This document shows positions 1 to 11,192 of a stretch of 50,550 nt of DNA, one piece after another. This DNA comes from Tubiluchus corallicola (Eukaryota; Animalia; Priapulida), in the NCBI GenBank assembly GCA_030141605.1, contig JAQGDQ010000857.1, forward strand, positions 1 through 50,550, given 5' to 3'. The position numbers were made by a program, and so were the translations under genes. Every line of letters starts with the position of its first letter. Position 1 is the stretch's first letter. The notes under the pieces were generated by a model. It was not told where the DNA came from, made no database searches, and saw nothing but the letters and a program-made list of their open reading frames with translations.

Positions 1-212
<212 letters not shown>

Positions 213-274
213 TGTCTCCTTCTCATTTAATTATTTAGTCACTATTCACTCAGTTGTCTGCTCTGGTTTTTCAG

Positions 275-3200
275 TGTTTCTCTTATCTTCGGTGCCATCA
301 CTTGTGCAGCTGGGCTAATCGGTGTCGCTGCGGGAGCCGAGGCATCGCGTCGAATCAAACGGACGAATCCTCGTGCCGATCCGTTAGTTTGTGCCTTCGG
401 ATTACTCGCCTGTGCCCCGTTTCTCTACTTTGCTCTAGTCGCTAGCGAGTACAACAGTGCTGCCACCTGGGTTAGTATATTGCACGTAAAACTAAACATT
501 GAATTGAAAATCATTATGTAAATATTTGCATTGCAAATAAGGTTTTATTTTCAATATGTCAAAAGCTGTAAGTTTATCACTGTGTACTGTGTACTGCTTG
601 CACATCTCTTAGCTGGTTATCTTTTCTTTATTATTTACATCACTGAAGTCTTTTGCCAGCAGAAAAATAAACTAAAGCATTTTTTAATTGATGAAGGAAT
701 TTTATTAATTGTTGAATTTTAGTATTTGTGGATATGCTTGTAGATGAACTTGTGAATAAACCTTTTCAAAGTTTCGTTGTGCGCACAGTTGCTGTAGGTC
801 AAAGGTTAAGTGTACCACAGCAACACGTCTTAACTCAACAGTCACGTAACTTATGGGTAAATCAAAGCTGCTTTCATTCAGTAAATTCGGTTGTTTTATG
901 TGGACTTTATTTAATTATGCATTAGCCTGTGCATAGAGTGATTTACTAGCAGGATCTTGCTTGGGAACAAGAAAAAATGAACTAGGTATTTAAGGTTCTA
1001 GTTAGCTGTTAAAACTTTTACTATTACAATAGCACGGACTGCAAGGTGTTGTCAAGTGTAGACAAATGTGTTGTCCAGTACACTTAACCTTTGACCTTTT
1101 TATGATCATCAATCGCTGGAACTGTGAAAAGGCTTATTAAGATCGGATTGTTCATTATTCATCAGAAGTGTTTTGTTGTCGTCATTACCATTGCCGTTGT
1201 TGCTCTTAGGACTTATACTGTTTTGACGGACAGACAATACCTTTTTATTGAAGAGTCTGTAGTGTTAGTTTTAACTCAACCCTGTGTCGCTGTTATTTTC
1301 CAGGTGTTAATTTTTATCGGTGAAACTTTCCTATGTTTAAACTGGTCGGTTCAAGCAGACATTGTTTTGGTAAGTGTTCATGTTAGTTCATGTTCACTAA
1401 ATGTGTTTATCATAGAATCTCATTTAGTCCATTTCGGCAGAAAATACAATTTACCAGATGAAATATTGTTTGCATTGCCAAAACAAATAACACAGAAATT
1501 ATTGGAAATTAGTGATTTGGACCATATAGCAGACATATAGCGGGGTTCCCACAGAATTTTAAAATAATTTTCTCTGACTTTTCTATGACTTTTCCCTGAC
1601 CAAATATTCATTTTCCATAACCAAGATAAGCAGAAATTGCATTACCAGTGTACATATTCAAACATTCTCATACAGACACTGATATATAATGTATCGGCAC
1701 AGTTGCAGTAATGCTAACGAAATTACACTAATCACATTAAATAAACTTTCTTAATTCAATCATTATTTTGGAACAGAAGTCGAAACTGGGAGTCTGCCAA
1801 GTCTGGCAAGATTTCGTTTGAATCGATGAAAAAATGTTCTGAAAAATATCGCTTCACAGTGATTATTTTTGCAACCCTTTCCAATTTTACCAACTTTTCA
1901 CCCCATCTTCATCATTTTCCCTGACTTTTTATCAAATTATCTTTTTCCCTGACTTTTCCATGACTTTCCAGGATAGAGCCCGTATTTTCAAGAATTTTCC
2001 AGGATTTTCCCTGACCGTGGAAACCCTGTATAATAACTTTTTGTGTGATTGATAACATTTTTAGACAGTTGAATGGTAGTGTTATCTAATTTTTGCCTTA
2101 AAGTTTTTCACTTTAGGGGTTAAATTTTAAGAAACTGCTATTTATGTTGCTCAAAAGTGTGATTAGTTGTACGTTTAGCAGAAAGCCATGTTACATGCTC
2201 TCTTTTTTAGAAAGCAAGCTGTCGTAATTGCTGCTCTCATTCTACCTTGTTTTTGTTGTAGTATGTTGTGGTTCCGACAAGGAGATCAACCGCTGAAGCC
2301 TTTCAGATCTTATTCTCTCATTTGTTCGGCGATGCCGGTAGTCCGTATTTGATAGGAAGTGTAAGTTTAAACGAAGACCGGACGATTGTTTAGACTCGAT
2401 CTCATTTTAATGTACTGTCCAAATTATACATTTTCTTGCCTGTAAAAGTTAGCAAATGTTTCTTATATTTGAATAATTAGCTTAGAAAGTTAATTAACGG
2501 CAACTGAACACAGCTATTGCTTACTTCAGAAACTAACCACAGTTTGTGCAATGGCTGGCATCTTCCCTTGCGCGTCAAGCACGTTTGCGTAAGTGTTATT
2601 GCTTAAACGCGTGATGTCACGAAAATGGTGTCTACGTCATATGACGTCAGAAACTAACACTGCAGTTCATGATCACAGTTATCACGGTACCGCCTTCTAT
2701 TTGTTGGCCATGCAAATGTGACAAAAGGCGCAGTTGCCAATCTTAGTAGATTCACTGAGCTGCGCGTAGCTTTCAAAGTTTGACGAAATTTGAGTATCTC
2801 GAAGTAATTATTATTTAATCTAAGCTTTCATGTAGGCAGTGTTAGTTTAAGTTTAACAAAAATTTTTAAAAAAGTATCACATAGATGCAAACAAAAAATT
2901 TCACAAAGCGTCTGGTGTGTGTGAGCCAATCCCTAATGATCTTCCAAAAATGCTTGAAACGCATCTAGTACATTTGCGATAATCTTAGCGAAATGTTTTA
3001 ATGTAGGTTACTAGTCATAAAGCAAGGACTTGTTTTTTCCCATTACTTTTTAACTAACTTATCTTGTGAATGAGTGCTCTCTGTTTAACCCACAGAATGA
3101 AACATCAATTCTCTAGTCAAGGAACTGAAGAACTTTATTGAATTTTCCTAGCTCATGTTTGTTCATGCTGTTGAACTTATTCATCTGTGATATTTTTCTC

Positions 3201-6200
3201 ACTTTTTGCTTCGACTATTTCAGATATCGGACATTCTAAAAGACAGCAAATTTTCCATCTATCCAAGCGATTCTACATTTGCCGAGTTTTTCTCCCTCCA
3301 GTATGCCATGTACATCACAGCGTTTGTGTCCGTGTTTGGCGGAGCCTCTTTCTTAGCCTGCGCTCTTTGTGTCGAGTCGGACAAGGCTAGAGTCGACAAG
3401 ATCATAAAAGGTTTGGCCGGCTTTTTCATTGCGATTTAGAGTAGCGACGTGAACGGGCATTTTTTAGCCAAAAAACTTCCTTTGGTGTTGCTGTACCGAC
3501 ACACGTGCAACTGAAGTTGAGCCAATTTTCAACTCGGGTCGTGAGCAAAATGTTTTCATTTAGCTACGATTTTATCTGGAGTTTGAGAATTGATTTTAAT
3601 TGACAAAGTTTCTCTAAATATATTGCAGAAGTTGGTGGTCTGAAATTGCCCATTCTCGACAATTCCTACCGACTTTTACGATGACTTATCATTTTGACAC
3701 ATGTACGATTTAGCTCCATTTGTACAACTATTGTTTTCTGAAAGAATATAATTTATTGGCTTTGTTTTCATCCAGAAAAACTTTGCTAAGGAAATCCTTT
3801 GTAAAATTGCAATTTGTGTGATGAAAGCTTTTGCCCTTAAAGGAAAACCGGACGATTGTTTAGACTCAATCTCATTTGAATTTACTGTCCAAAATGTACA
3901 TTTTCTTGCCCATAAGAGTTAGCAATTGTTTCTTATATTTCAATAATTAGCTTGGCTCTTCACCGTACCTCAAAATAATATACACTCATATCTCGGTTTG
4001 CCAGACAAAAGCGGGAAGACGTCGGTCCAAAGTTGCCGATTGTCCATATTTTCCGATTCTAAGCTAATACAGTAGGCGCCGTGTATTAGACTCACAGTAA
4101 TGTAGAATCAATCATCTAACTGTCTCAGAAAACGTCTTGTGCGGGTCGCTGCTATGCAAGAGTATGTAAAAACTGCCGCCAACTGACTCGAACAACTCTG
4201 CATAATTGACTCTAAACCACTTAAAACCACTGTGTCGTTACATGCTGCTTGGATGTAAACAAAGTGACGACCCGCAAACTAGTGGTCAGCTCGCGAAATA
4301 ATGGATTGTGTCCGTAGTATGCGGGACGTTCTACGGACTAGGTTTTGTCGTCGAGTGAGTACATCTACCGCATCTTGTCTTGCACCAGTGGCTAAAATAG
4401 CTACAAGACATAGCTAAAATTAGTGGGGGTGCTGCTTCAGAAAATGTTTAGCCATTGTTTTAATACCGTATAAAACGTAGCAAACGTATATAATTTGAAT
4501 GTTGTAGTTATATTTGAAGATCGGGTGTTGAACAGTCTTTTTTCTTAACTGCAACTTTCTCATGAAGAGACAACTGTGAAAAATTAAGCTGTTGTAGTTC
4601 ACTTACAATCACAGAACTTATTTCTTGGGAATGCAAGGCGTCCTTTATTAAATTATTTATGTTTTAAGCACACACGCTAAGTTTACACTTTATCATATCC
4701 AAGAATATGACGGTACATGGTAAGCACGTGACAATTGTTGCTGTAATAGACACAGTACTTTTCTACTTAGCAGCAGACGTTAGCGTCTAGCATCTTATCT
4801 CAGACATGTGCACATGGCTGCATGCGCACTACAGCTAAACACCACGTTGCTTGGGAATTGTACTACCCTCACATGCTCCGGTTCCGCACAAATATCAAAA
4901 ACAACTAAAGAAAAAAGACTTATTATATATGAATATTATCGATTATAATGAGTGAAAACAGAGGGCGCTGCAGTAGCACAGTACCTACACACGAGTCTCC
5001 ACTGTCTTGCACCAGTTTGGATTAGTTGCATGCAAATTTCAAAATTGTTCTCTCACGTTCACATTTTTTGCACGTGTAAGGTGCTTAGCGCTATGCATTA
5101 TGGGATGCATGTAAGCATGAGATGTGTTCGCTTGATAACTGAGTTAACATTAGTCTTTGCACATTGTAATAACCATTGCATAAACCCAACTATGGCTAGC
5201 ATCACCATTTTTTGTTTCTATCGAAAAAAGTTCAAAATCTTGTTTGCTCGTTCAGGTTCTAATTCCCGCTTACAGTGTGATACTCAACCTCTTGCTAAGG
5301 GGGTGCAGAAGTAATGAGTGACAGAGTGTTTCTGAAACAATGGCAAATATCGTGCCCTCGAAATTTAATGTATTGCTTCTGATGTTTGTTCAAACTTTAC
5401 GCATTGTTATCTAAACTTATTTCAATTGTCTTACCATTAAAATGGCTACAGCGTTACTGCTAACACAAGCTCTGTTTGCAATAAGGCAGTATGTAAGTGG
5501 TAGAAAATTTCAAGACGAATTTTTTAAGCTTGATGTAAGTGAAGGGTTTTCCTGCGCTTTAATTGGTAACTTCGACGATATGTACAAATTCATGGAATGT
5601 TTGCATTGTACTCAGGTGTACTTTTAATTTTTTATTCTATTTCACGATGAATTTTTTAAACTTTATTAATGACGAATGTTTCCTTGTACTTTAACTCAGC
5701 TACGATAAGCAGACATTTTGATCACTCAGACCTTCCTTTTACAAACATTACAGAATGTTTCCTTGTCCTTTAACTCAGCTGCGATCAGCAAACATTTTGA
5801 TCACTCAGACCTTCCTTTTACAAACATTACAGAATGTTTCCTTGTCCTTTAACTCAGCTACGATAAGCAGACATTTTGATCACTCAGACCCTCCTTTTAC
5901 AAACATTACAGAATGTTTCCTTGTCCTTTAACTCAGCTACGATAAGCAGACATTTTGATCACTCAGACCTTCCTTTTACAAACATTACAGAATGTTTCCT
6001 TGTCCTTTAACTCAGCTACGATAAGCAGACATTTTGATCACTCAGACCTTCCTTTTACAAACATTACAGAATGTTTCCTTGTCCTTTAACTCAGCTACAA
6101 TAAGCAGACCTTTTGATCACTCAGACTTTCCTTTTACAAACATTACAGAATGTTTCCTTGTCCTTTAACTCAGCTACGATAAGCAGACATTTTGATCACT

Positions 6201-7833
6201 CAGACCTTCCTTTTACAGACATTACAGAATGTTTCCTTGTCCTTTAACTCAGCTACGGTAAGCAGACATTTTGATCACTCAGACCTTCTTTTTACAAACA
6301 TTACGGCCTGTAGCATTTATTTCTTCCTGCAGAAATATAGCATAAGAATTTGACAAAAAACGTCTTTCGTTAACAGAGATTCGTGATTCCGGTGTTTTGC
6401 TTCGGCGCGGCGATGATAATATCAACATGGCCGCCACGTTCCAGGACAGTCCGACATCTTGTTAACTCTTGTTTGATTGTGAGATTTTTATTGTTTTACT
6501 GCATGTTATTTACTATTGTTGTTGTTTTTTTGTTTTCTCACGTGGATTTACAGCTTTGCTGGACTAACCCTTTTTCGTGTTGATTTTAACACTATGCATA
6601 AACAACCTGAGCATTTTTAGAAAAAGCTCCCTACTGAAGAGAATATATGCTGCTTCGTTTAGAATGATGCGATGCTTTAAGCTTAATAAGCCTTTTCACA
6701 GTTCCGGGAATTGATGATGATCATGAAAAGGTCAAAGGTTAAGTCTACCAGACAACGCATTTGTGCATACTTGACAACGCCTCGCAGCCCATGCTATTGT
6801 AACAGTAATAGTTTTAACGGCTAGCCAGAACCTTACCTAGTTCATTTTTTATTGTTCCCAAGCAAGATCCTGCTTGTAAATAACTCCACGCACCGACTAA
6901 TGTATTATTAAGTAAAGTCCACGTAGAACAACTGAACTTACTGAACCGATGTGGCAGACGGCTTTGCTTTACACACATGTCATGCGAGGGCTGGTTGTAG
7001 TTAAGATGCGTTGCTGTGGCACACTTAACCTTTGACCTACAGCAACTGCGCGCGTACACAACAAAACTGTGAAAAGGCGTATTGTACTAACAGCTACTCT
7101 AACACTGCTAATAGCTCTCGTGTCCTTTGAACGCTAATACGTTTTCATTACTGTCGTCTAAACTTGTGCGTAGAACCATTTTTCTAGATTGGCTAGAGCC
7201 ATTTGCATAGACATGTATTATTAGCTCATATTGTTTTTCCTGGACTATGTCATTAGGGTAGAGCATATCATCTGCCTAGAGTCATTTGCTTACATTATCT
7301 CATTTGTCTACATTATGTCATCTGTCTTGAGCATTTTGCATGGATTATCATTTGACTGCAGCCCTAGACATAATTTTCTAGATTAGGTAACTCATGGTTT
7401 GCCTAGAGTCACATTTTCCTAGGCATGTTACTTCCCTAGACTAGGGCAATTTGCTATTTGGGATGGGATCATTATGCCATTTACTTAAGCCTACTGCTTC
7501 CCCAGATTTCAGCTAGATGTTATGGCAGGACCACAACCTATCGCATTATCAACTACAATCCATTTAAAAGAGTTACTGAACCAGCAGATGTGTTTTAGCC
7601 ACATTCGGGCGTTGTGAATCATGACAGCGTGATAATTAGCCACAGACCGTATGGCTGATGAAACCACTTGTCAAGTTTTATATTTTTCACCCATCTAATT
7701 ACTGTTCGGGTTCAGTGTTGCTAAACTTACGCACTTTTTTCTTTTAGCTTCTATTGTATCTCCTCTGAAGAAGATGGCCGCGGACGACACAAACGAAGAT
7801 TCATCTCAGGAAACGAGACAAGTGATTACTTAG
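275..7833 (+). CDS. spns1: Spinster-family (SPNS1/spin-like) MFS transporter, 3' part; the 5' exons lie outside the window
   Basis: Phase-consistent AG/GT exons: 275-470 ([65 protein letters not shown]), 1304-1369 ([22 protein letters not shown]), 2262-2360 ([33 protein letters not shown]), 3224-3410 (ISDILKDS...[42 protein letters not shown]), and probable last exon 7748-7833 ([28 protein letters not shown]). [25 protein letters not shown] and [14 protein letters not shown] are Spinster hallmarks. The terminal exon is less certain than the internal ones. Confidence 0.93.
755..1138 (+). mobile_element. Non-autonomous DNA element, family A, copy 1
   Basis: Termini aataaaccttttcaaagtt ... aactgtgaaaaggcttatt form an imperfect TIR. 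Homologous copies occur at 6685, 9363 and 48543. Confidence 0.85.
1541..2028. mobile_element. MITE with C(A/G)GGGTT(T/C)CCAC-type TIRs
   Basis: Left end cggggttcccac and right end gtggaaaccctg, with repeated subterminal ttttccctgac motifs. No clear TSD. Confidence 0.75.
2367..2850 (+). mobile_element. TTAA-type (T2/Kolobok-like) MITE, family B, 3'-degenerate copy inserted 6 nt after a spinster donor
   Basis: ttaaacgaagaccggacgattgtttagactc... aligns with the copies at 3837, 16120 and 46345(-). Confidence 0.8.
3837..3953 (+). mobile_element. Family B MITE 5' fragment
   Basis: ttaaaggaaaaccggacgattgtttagactcaatctc...aataattagctt has the same structure as the start of the 16120 copy. Confidence 0.8.
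5674..6304. repeat. 79-bp minisatellite, 8 copies
   Basis: Unit gaatgtttccttgtcctttaactcagctacgataagcagacattttgatcactcagaccttccttttacaaacattaca, repeated with few substitutions. Confidence 0.97.
6377..6465 (+). CDS. Candidate alternative terminal exon of spinster
   Basis: Acceptor gtctttcgttaacAG at 6375-6376 is phase 1, compatible with the donor at 3411. It reads (E)[28 protein letters not shown] and is a GC-richer island in AT-rich intron. Confidence 0.5.
6685..7083 (-). mobile_element. Family A element, copy 2 (inverted)
   Basis: Reverse-complement homolog of 755-1138, with termini aataagccttttcacagtt ... aactgtgaaaaggcgtatt. Confidence 0.85.
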
Positions 7834-8644
7834 GTGACGACTCCAGCGATGTGGATGCCTGCTGCTGGTTGCCCAGGCGACTACATCTCCCTTGGTGTCG
7901 AACTTTTCTCAATTTGGCCTACTGTGATGAAATTTTGTACAGCAAATTGTTATGTAAATAAGAGTGAAAGTAGTATGGCTGATGTGACTCTGCGTCAACT
8001 TGAGCAGAATGCTGACGCAGAAAGTGATTTGTTGTCAAATTAACCATGCCTTTGCTGAAATAACTGTGTAGTATATTTCTCCATTTGAAACATTTCTGTG
8101 TGTGAAACGACTCCGACTCCCACGTGAAACAGGCATATTTTGTAAAAGTGTAATACATGGTTGCTGTTTCGGTCCCCCAAAAAAGGGAAGGCTGTGCCGT
8201 ATTCTTGAAAAAGTTTTGACCGTGTTTGCGCATTTTCACATAATGCCAAAGGCATCTTTTCTGGAAGTTGCCTATCCATTCATGGATTCAGCGTTGTTTA
8301 ACTTTGCTACGCACACGCCGTGACCACCCGACTGCTATGCTAAGCAACTAGAAAATTTTAGCTTTCGGTCAAAAACTTTTTTCGAATAAGATGAATGATG
8401 ATTTCTGATCTTATGGCAGCAATTATGAGCATATTGAAGGAATCCGTTTAGCTGCCTTTTTCTTTGTATTTTGGAATATATTTATTTATGATTTTTGCTG
8501 ATAATGTCTGTAAGATTTGAACAAATTATGGAAAGAAATTGGTCTATAATTTTTATGTGATGATGATCTTTAATTAAGTCTGCAGTTGACAAAGGGTGGC
8601 ATCATTTTTTGCTTGGCATACCTAAAAGTCGAACCGAGACCATG

Positions 8645-9315
8645 ATGTGTGTGCTTGTAAACCAAAATCGGCCACAAGTCGGCATAGTTAAAACTACGTT
8701 ACGATGCTTCAAAGTAGAATGTTCCAGAAATTTGGTCTAATGTCGATTTTTCACTTTTTATGAAAACAAATGCTAAATATATCAGACTTTCATATTCTAG
8801 CATCAAATTATCAGGAAAATGTCCAAAAATACTAAAAATCTAATTTTATCTACCCACTTTTCCTTCTAGAAACTAGTACTGCAATTGTAAATAACCTTGT
8901 ATTTTCTAACTCCGATTGTAGCTCGTGGAAGCAGCCATTTTGTTTCAGGTTTTTTCTGTTGACAAGTCCAAATCTTCGTCAGGAAGAGCCATCTACTGGA
9001 TTTAAACAAATTTAAACAACTTTAATGTGTTCTTGCATAGTCCGTAACATCCAACATTTGTACGGCTGCTAAGTGTTTTGCAGAGATGTGACAAAAAACA
9101 ATGGCTGACTTTAATAACAGTGATTTTCTTAAGATTATATTTTTCAGTGCGCAGCCTGCACCTCAATTTCAATGTTGATTATCTCAGCTTAGAAACAACA
9201 TAGAGTGATGAACTTGGTATAAAAATAATTCTTATGAAATAGAGATTCAGGATGTGTGAATAAATAGAAAAACTTAATAGCCTTATGGACGATTTTGCTA
9301 TACAAGCACACGTAT
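8645..9315 (+). mobile_element. Non-autonomous DNA element, family D, full-length copy
   Basis: TIR-like ends atgtgtgtgcttgtaaaccaaaatcggccacaag ... cttatggacgattttgctatacaagcacacgtat. Homologs occur at 18159, 21605, 24160 and 27610. Confidence 0.85.
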
Positions 9316-9362
9316 TATTGATGGCCTCACACTTCATTTTAAAAGCTTCATGCAGTTAATGC

Positions 9363-9712
9363 AATAATCCTTTTCACAGTTACGTTGTGTGCCGTGCAGT
9401 TGCTGCCACAGCTATGCATCTTAACTACAACCATAATTTGTGTGTAAAGCAGAGCCGTCTGTCGCATCAGCTGTTTTATGTGGACAGTACTTAATAATGC
9501 ATTAGTTGGTGCGTAGAGTGATTTACTAGCAGGATCTTGTTTGGGAACAAGAAAAAATGAACTAAGTAAGATTCTAGATAGCTGTTAAAATTGTTACTAT
9601 TACAGTAGCATGAGCTGCGTTGTCAAGTTTACACAACTGTGCTGTCTGGTACACTTAACCTTTGACCCTTTCAAGATCATTATCCATGGCTGGAACTGCG
9701 AAAAGGCTTATT
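9363..9712 (+). mobile_element. Family A element, copy 3
   Basis: aataatccttttcacagtt ... aactgcgaaaaggcttatt, with small internal deletions relative to copy 1. Confidence 0.85.
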
Positions 9713-10087
9713 GCAAAATGCAGTAGAGTCTTTTGTTATGTGGGGGTTACTCCATCATTAACTTCCCTGATTTTTCGCACACGCAGCTGTCAATCAGATC
9801 AGCTTCACTTATTGATATACAGGTTGCTATTGTATAGAGAATTATTTAATGAATGATAAACGTTATATCATGTCTACCGCAATATTACCGCCATTAGAGT
9901 TTTCACGTTGTATATAATTTCCACCTGAAATGGATTACTGATTTTTGTGAAAACTTTTGCAGCTGCAGACTTGGATTTATATTCGTATGATTAACTGCTG
10001 AATTGTTAATGGATAACAAAGTTGTCTATGTACCTCATACAGTTTTGCAGGAAGTTTTTGTCTACGTTTCGTGATGCAATTATAAAT

Positions 10088-10176
10088 CAGGGGCCGGTTT
10101 TGCAAAGTTGTCACTAGATCACTAAGTTATTTGTAATAATTGTTAACTTAACGACGGCTTTGTGAGATGGGCCCTG
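10088..10176. mobile_element. Very short TIR element (Harbinger/PIF-like GGGCC ends)
   Basis: cag-gggccggttttgcaaag ... ctttgtgagatgggcc-ctg is an imperfect inverted repeat. The superfamily assignment is an inference. Confidence 0.5.
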
Positions 10177-10449
10177 ATTTTTTTTTACTAAAGGGCACGC
10201 AACAGCACATTTGGACAGTCCTTGGAGTAGAAAAAGGTAAGCCGACTCACTTACACAGTATTTGGGCCTGTGACTCGGCAATACTGCATATCTAGCCATA
10301 GCATATTGTTACATCATAGCACTTTGGTTACCATTGATACGTGTTGCCATAGTAACTGTTCGTTGGCGCGAGCTCTACTTGCCACCTTCGGGGGTTTGTC
10401 TAAAGTTCTTGGGCCGAGTAATGCAGACGGCTACGGTATTTCTTCCAGA

Positions 10450-11142
10450 ATGAAGACTAGGCCGTTCGCTATCTGCGTTTTAGCTGTAGGCCTAGGCCTG
10501 TCGAAGGCCTGTCTGCCTCTGTATGCTTGGAAGGTAAATAAAGATGTGGCAACGACGACAGTTCAAGACACAATGCAGAAACAGACGCAGAGAATGTGCA
10601 GACTGCCTACGCAGACAGCCTTTGGAGACAGTTTGGTGCAGCAGACGAATGCCACAGAACGGGAACAGACGGCAAATGCAACGAGGGAACAGCCTCTAAA
10701 CACAACGGCCGGGCAAACGGCTACTGCTGACCAGACGACGAGTCTGAATGCATCACAGAGCAGGACAGAGCAGACAGGGAGTGCAAAGGAAGAAACGAAC
10801 AGCACGGGTCTGTTGGCAAACGTAACAGCGAAATCAGATCTCGTAGTCAGACGGGCACAGAAGACAAATATCGCTGACCACAAAAGACAACAAACACCAT
10901 CACCTCAGATAAGCAATACTACTACAAATAACACATTTGATGTTGAAATTGAAGGTAAATTTTTATGAAAATGAATCCAACCTTTATAAATTCTCGTCAT
11001 CCATGTAGCTGTAAGAATGGTTTGAGGAGCTAGACCAGGGCCTATTTCAAGGGGGGGAAGTGGGGATACTTCCCCGGGGCCTCACCCTCCAGGGGGGCCT
11101 CGCGCCAAGGTAACATTTTTTTGCTTTATGCGAACATACTGC

Positions 11143-11192
<50 letters not shown>

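Noticed and set aside
4068-4096. TA-cagtaggcgccgtgtattagactca resembling the TIR at 28632
   Set aside because: No matching second TIR was found, so it is at most a solo remnant.
10270-10449. N-terminal extension of the 232-aa ORF
   Set aside because: It has a GTG start. A good acceptor lies immediately before ATG 10450, which begins a signal-peptide-like segment.
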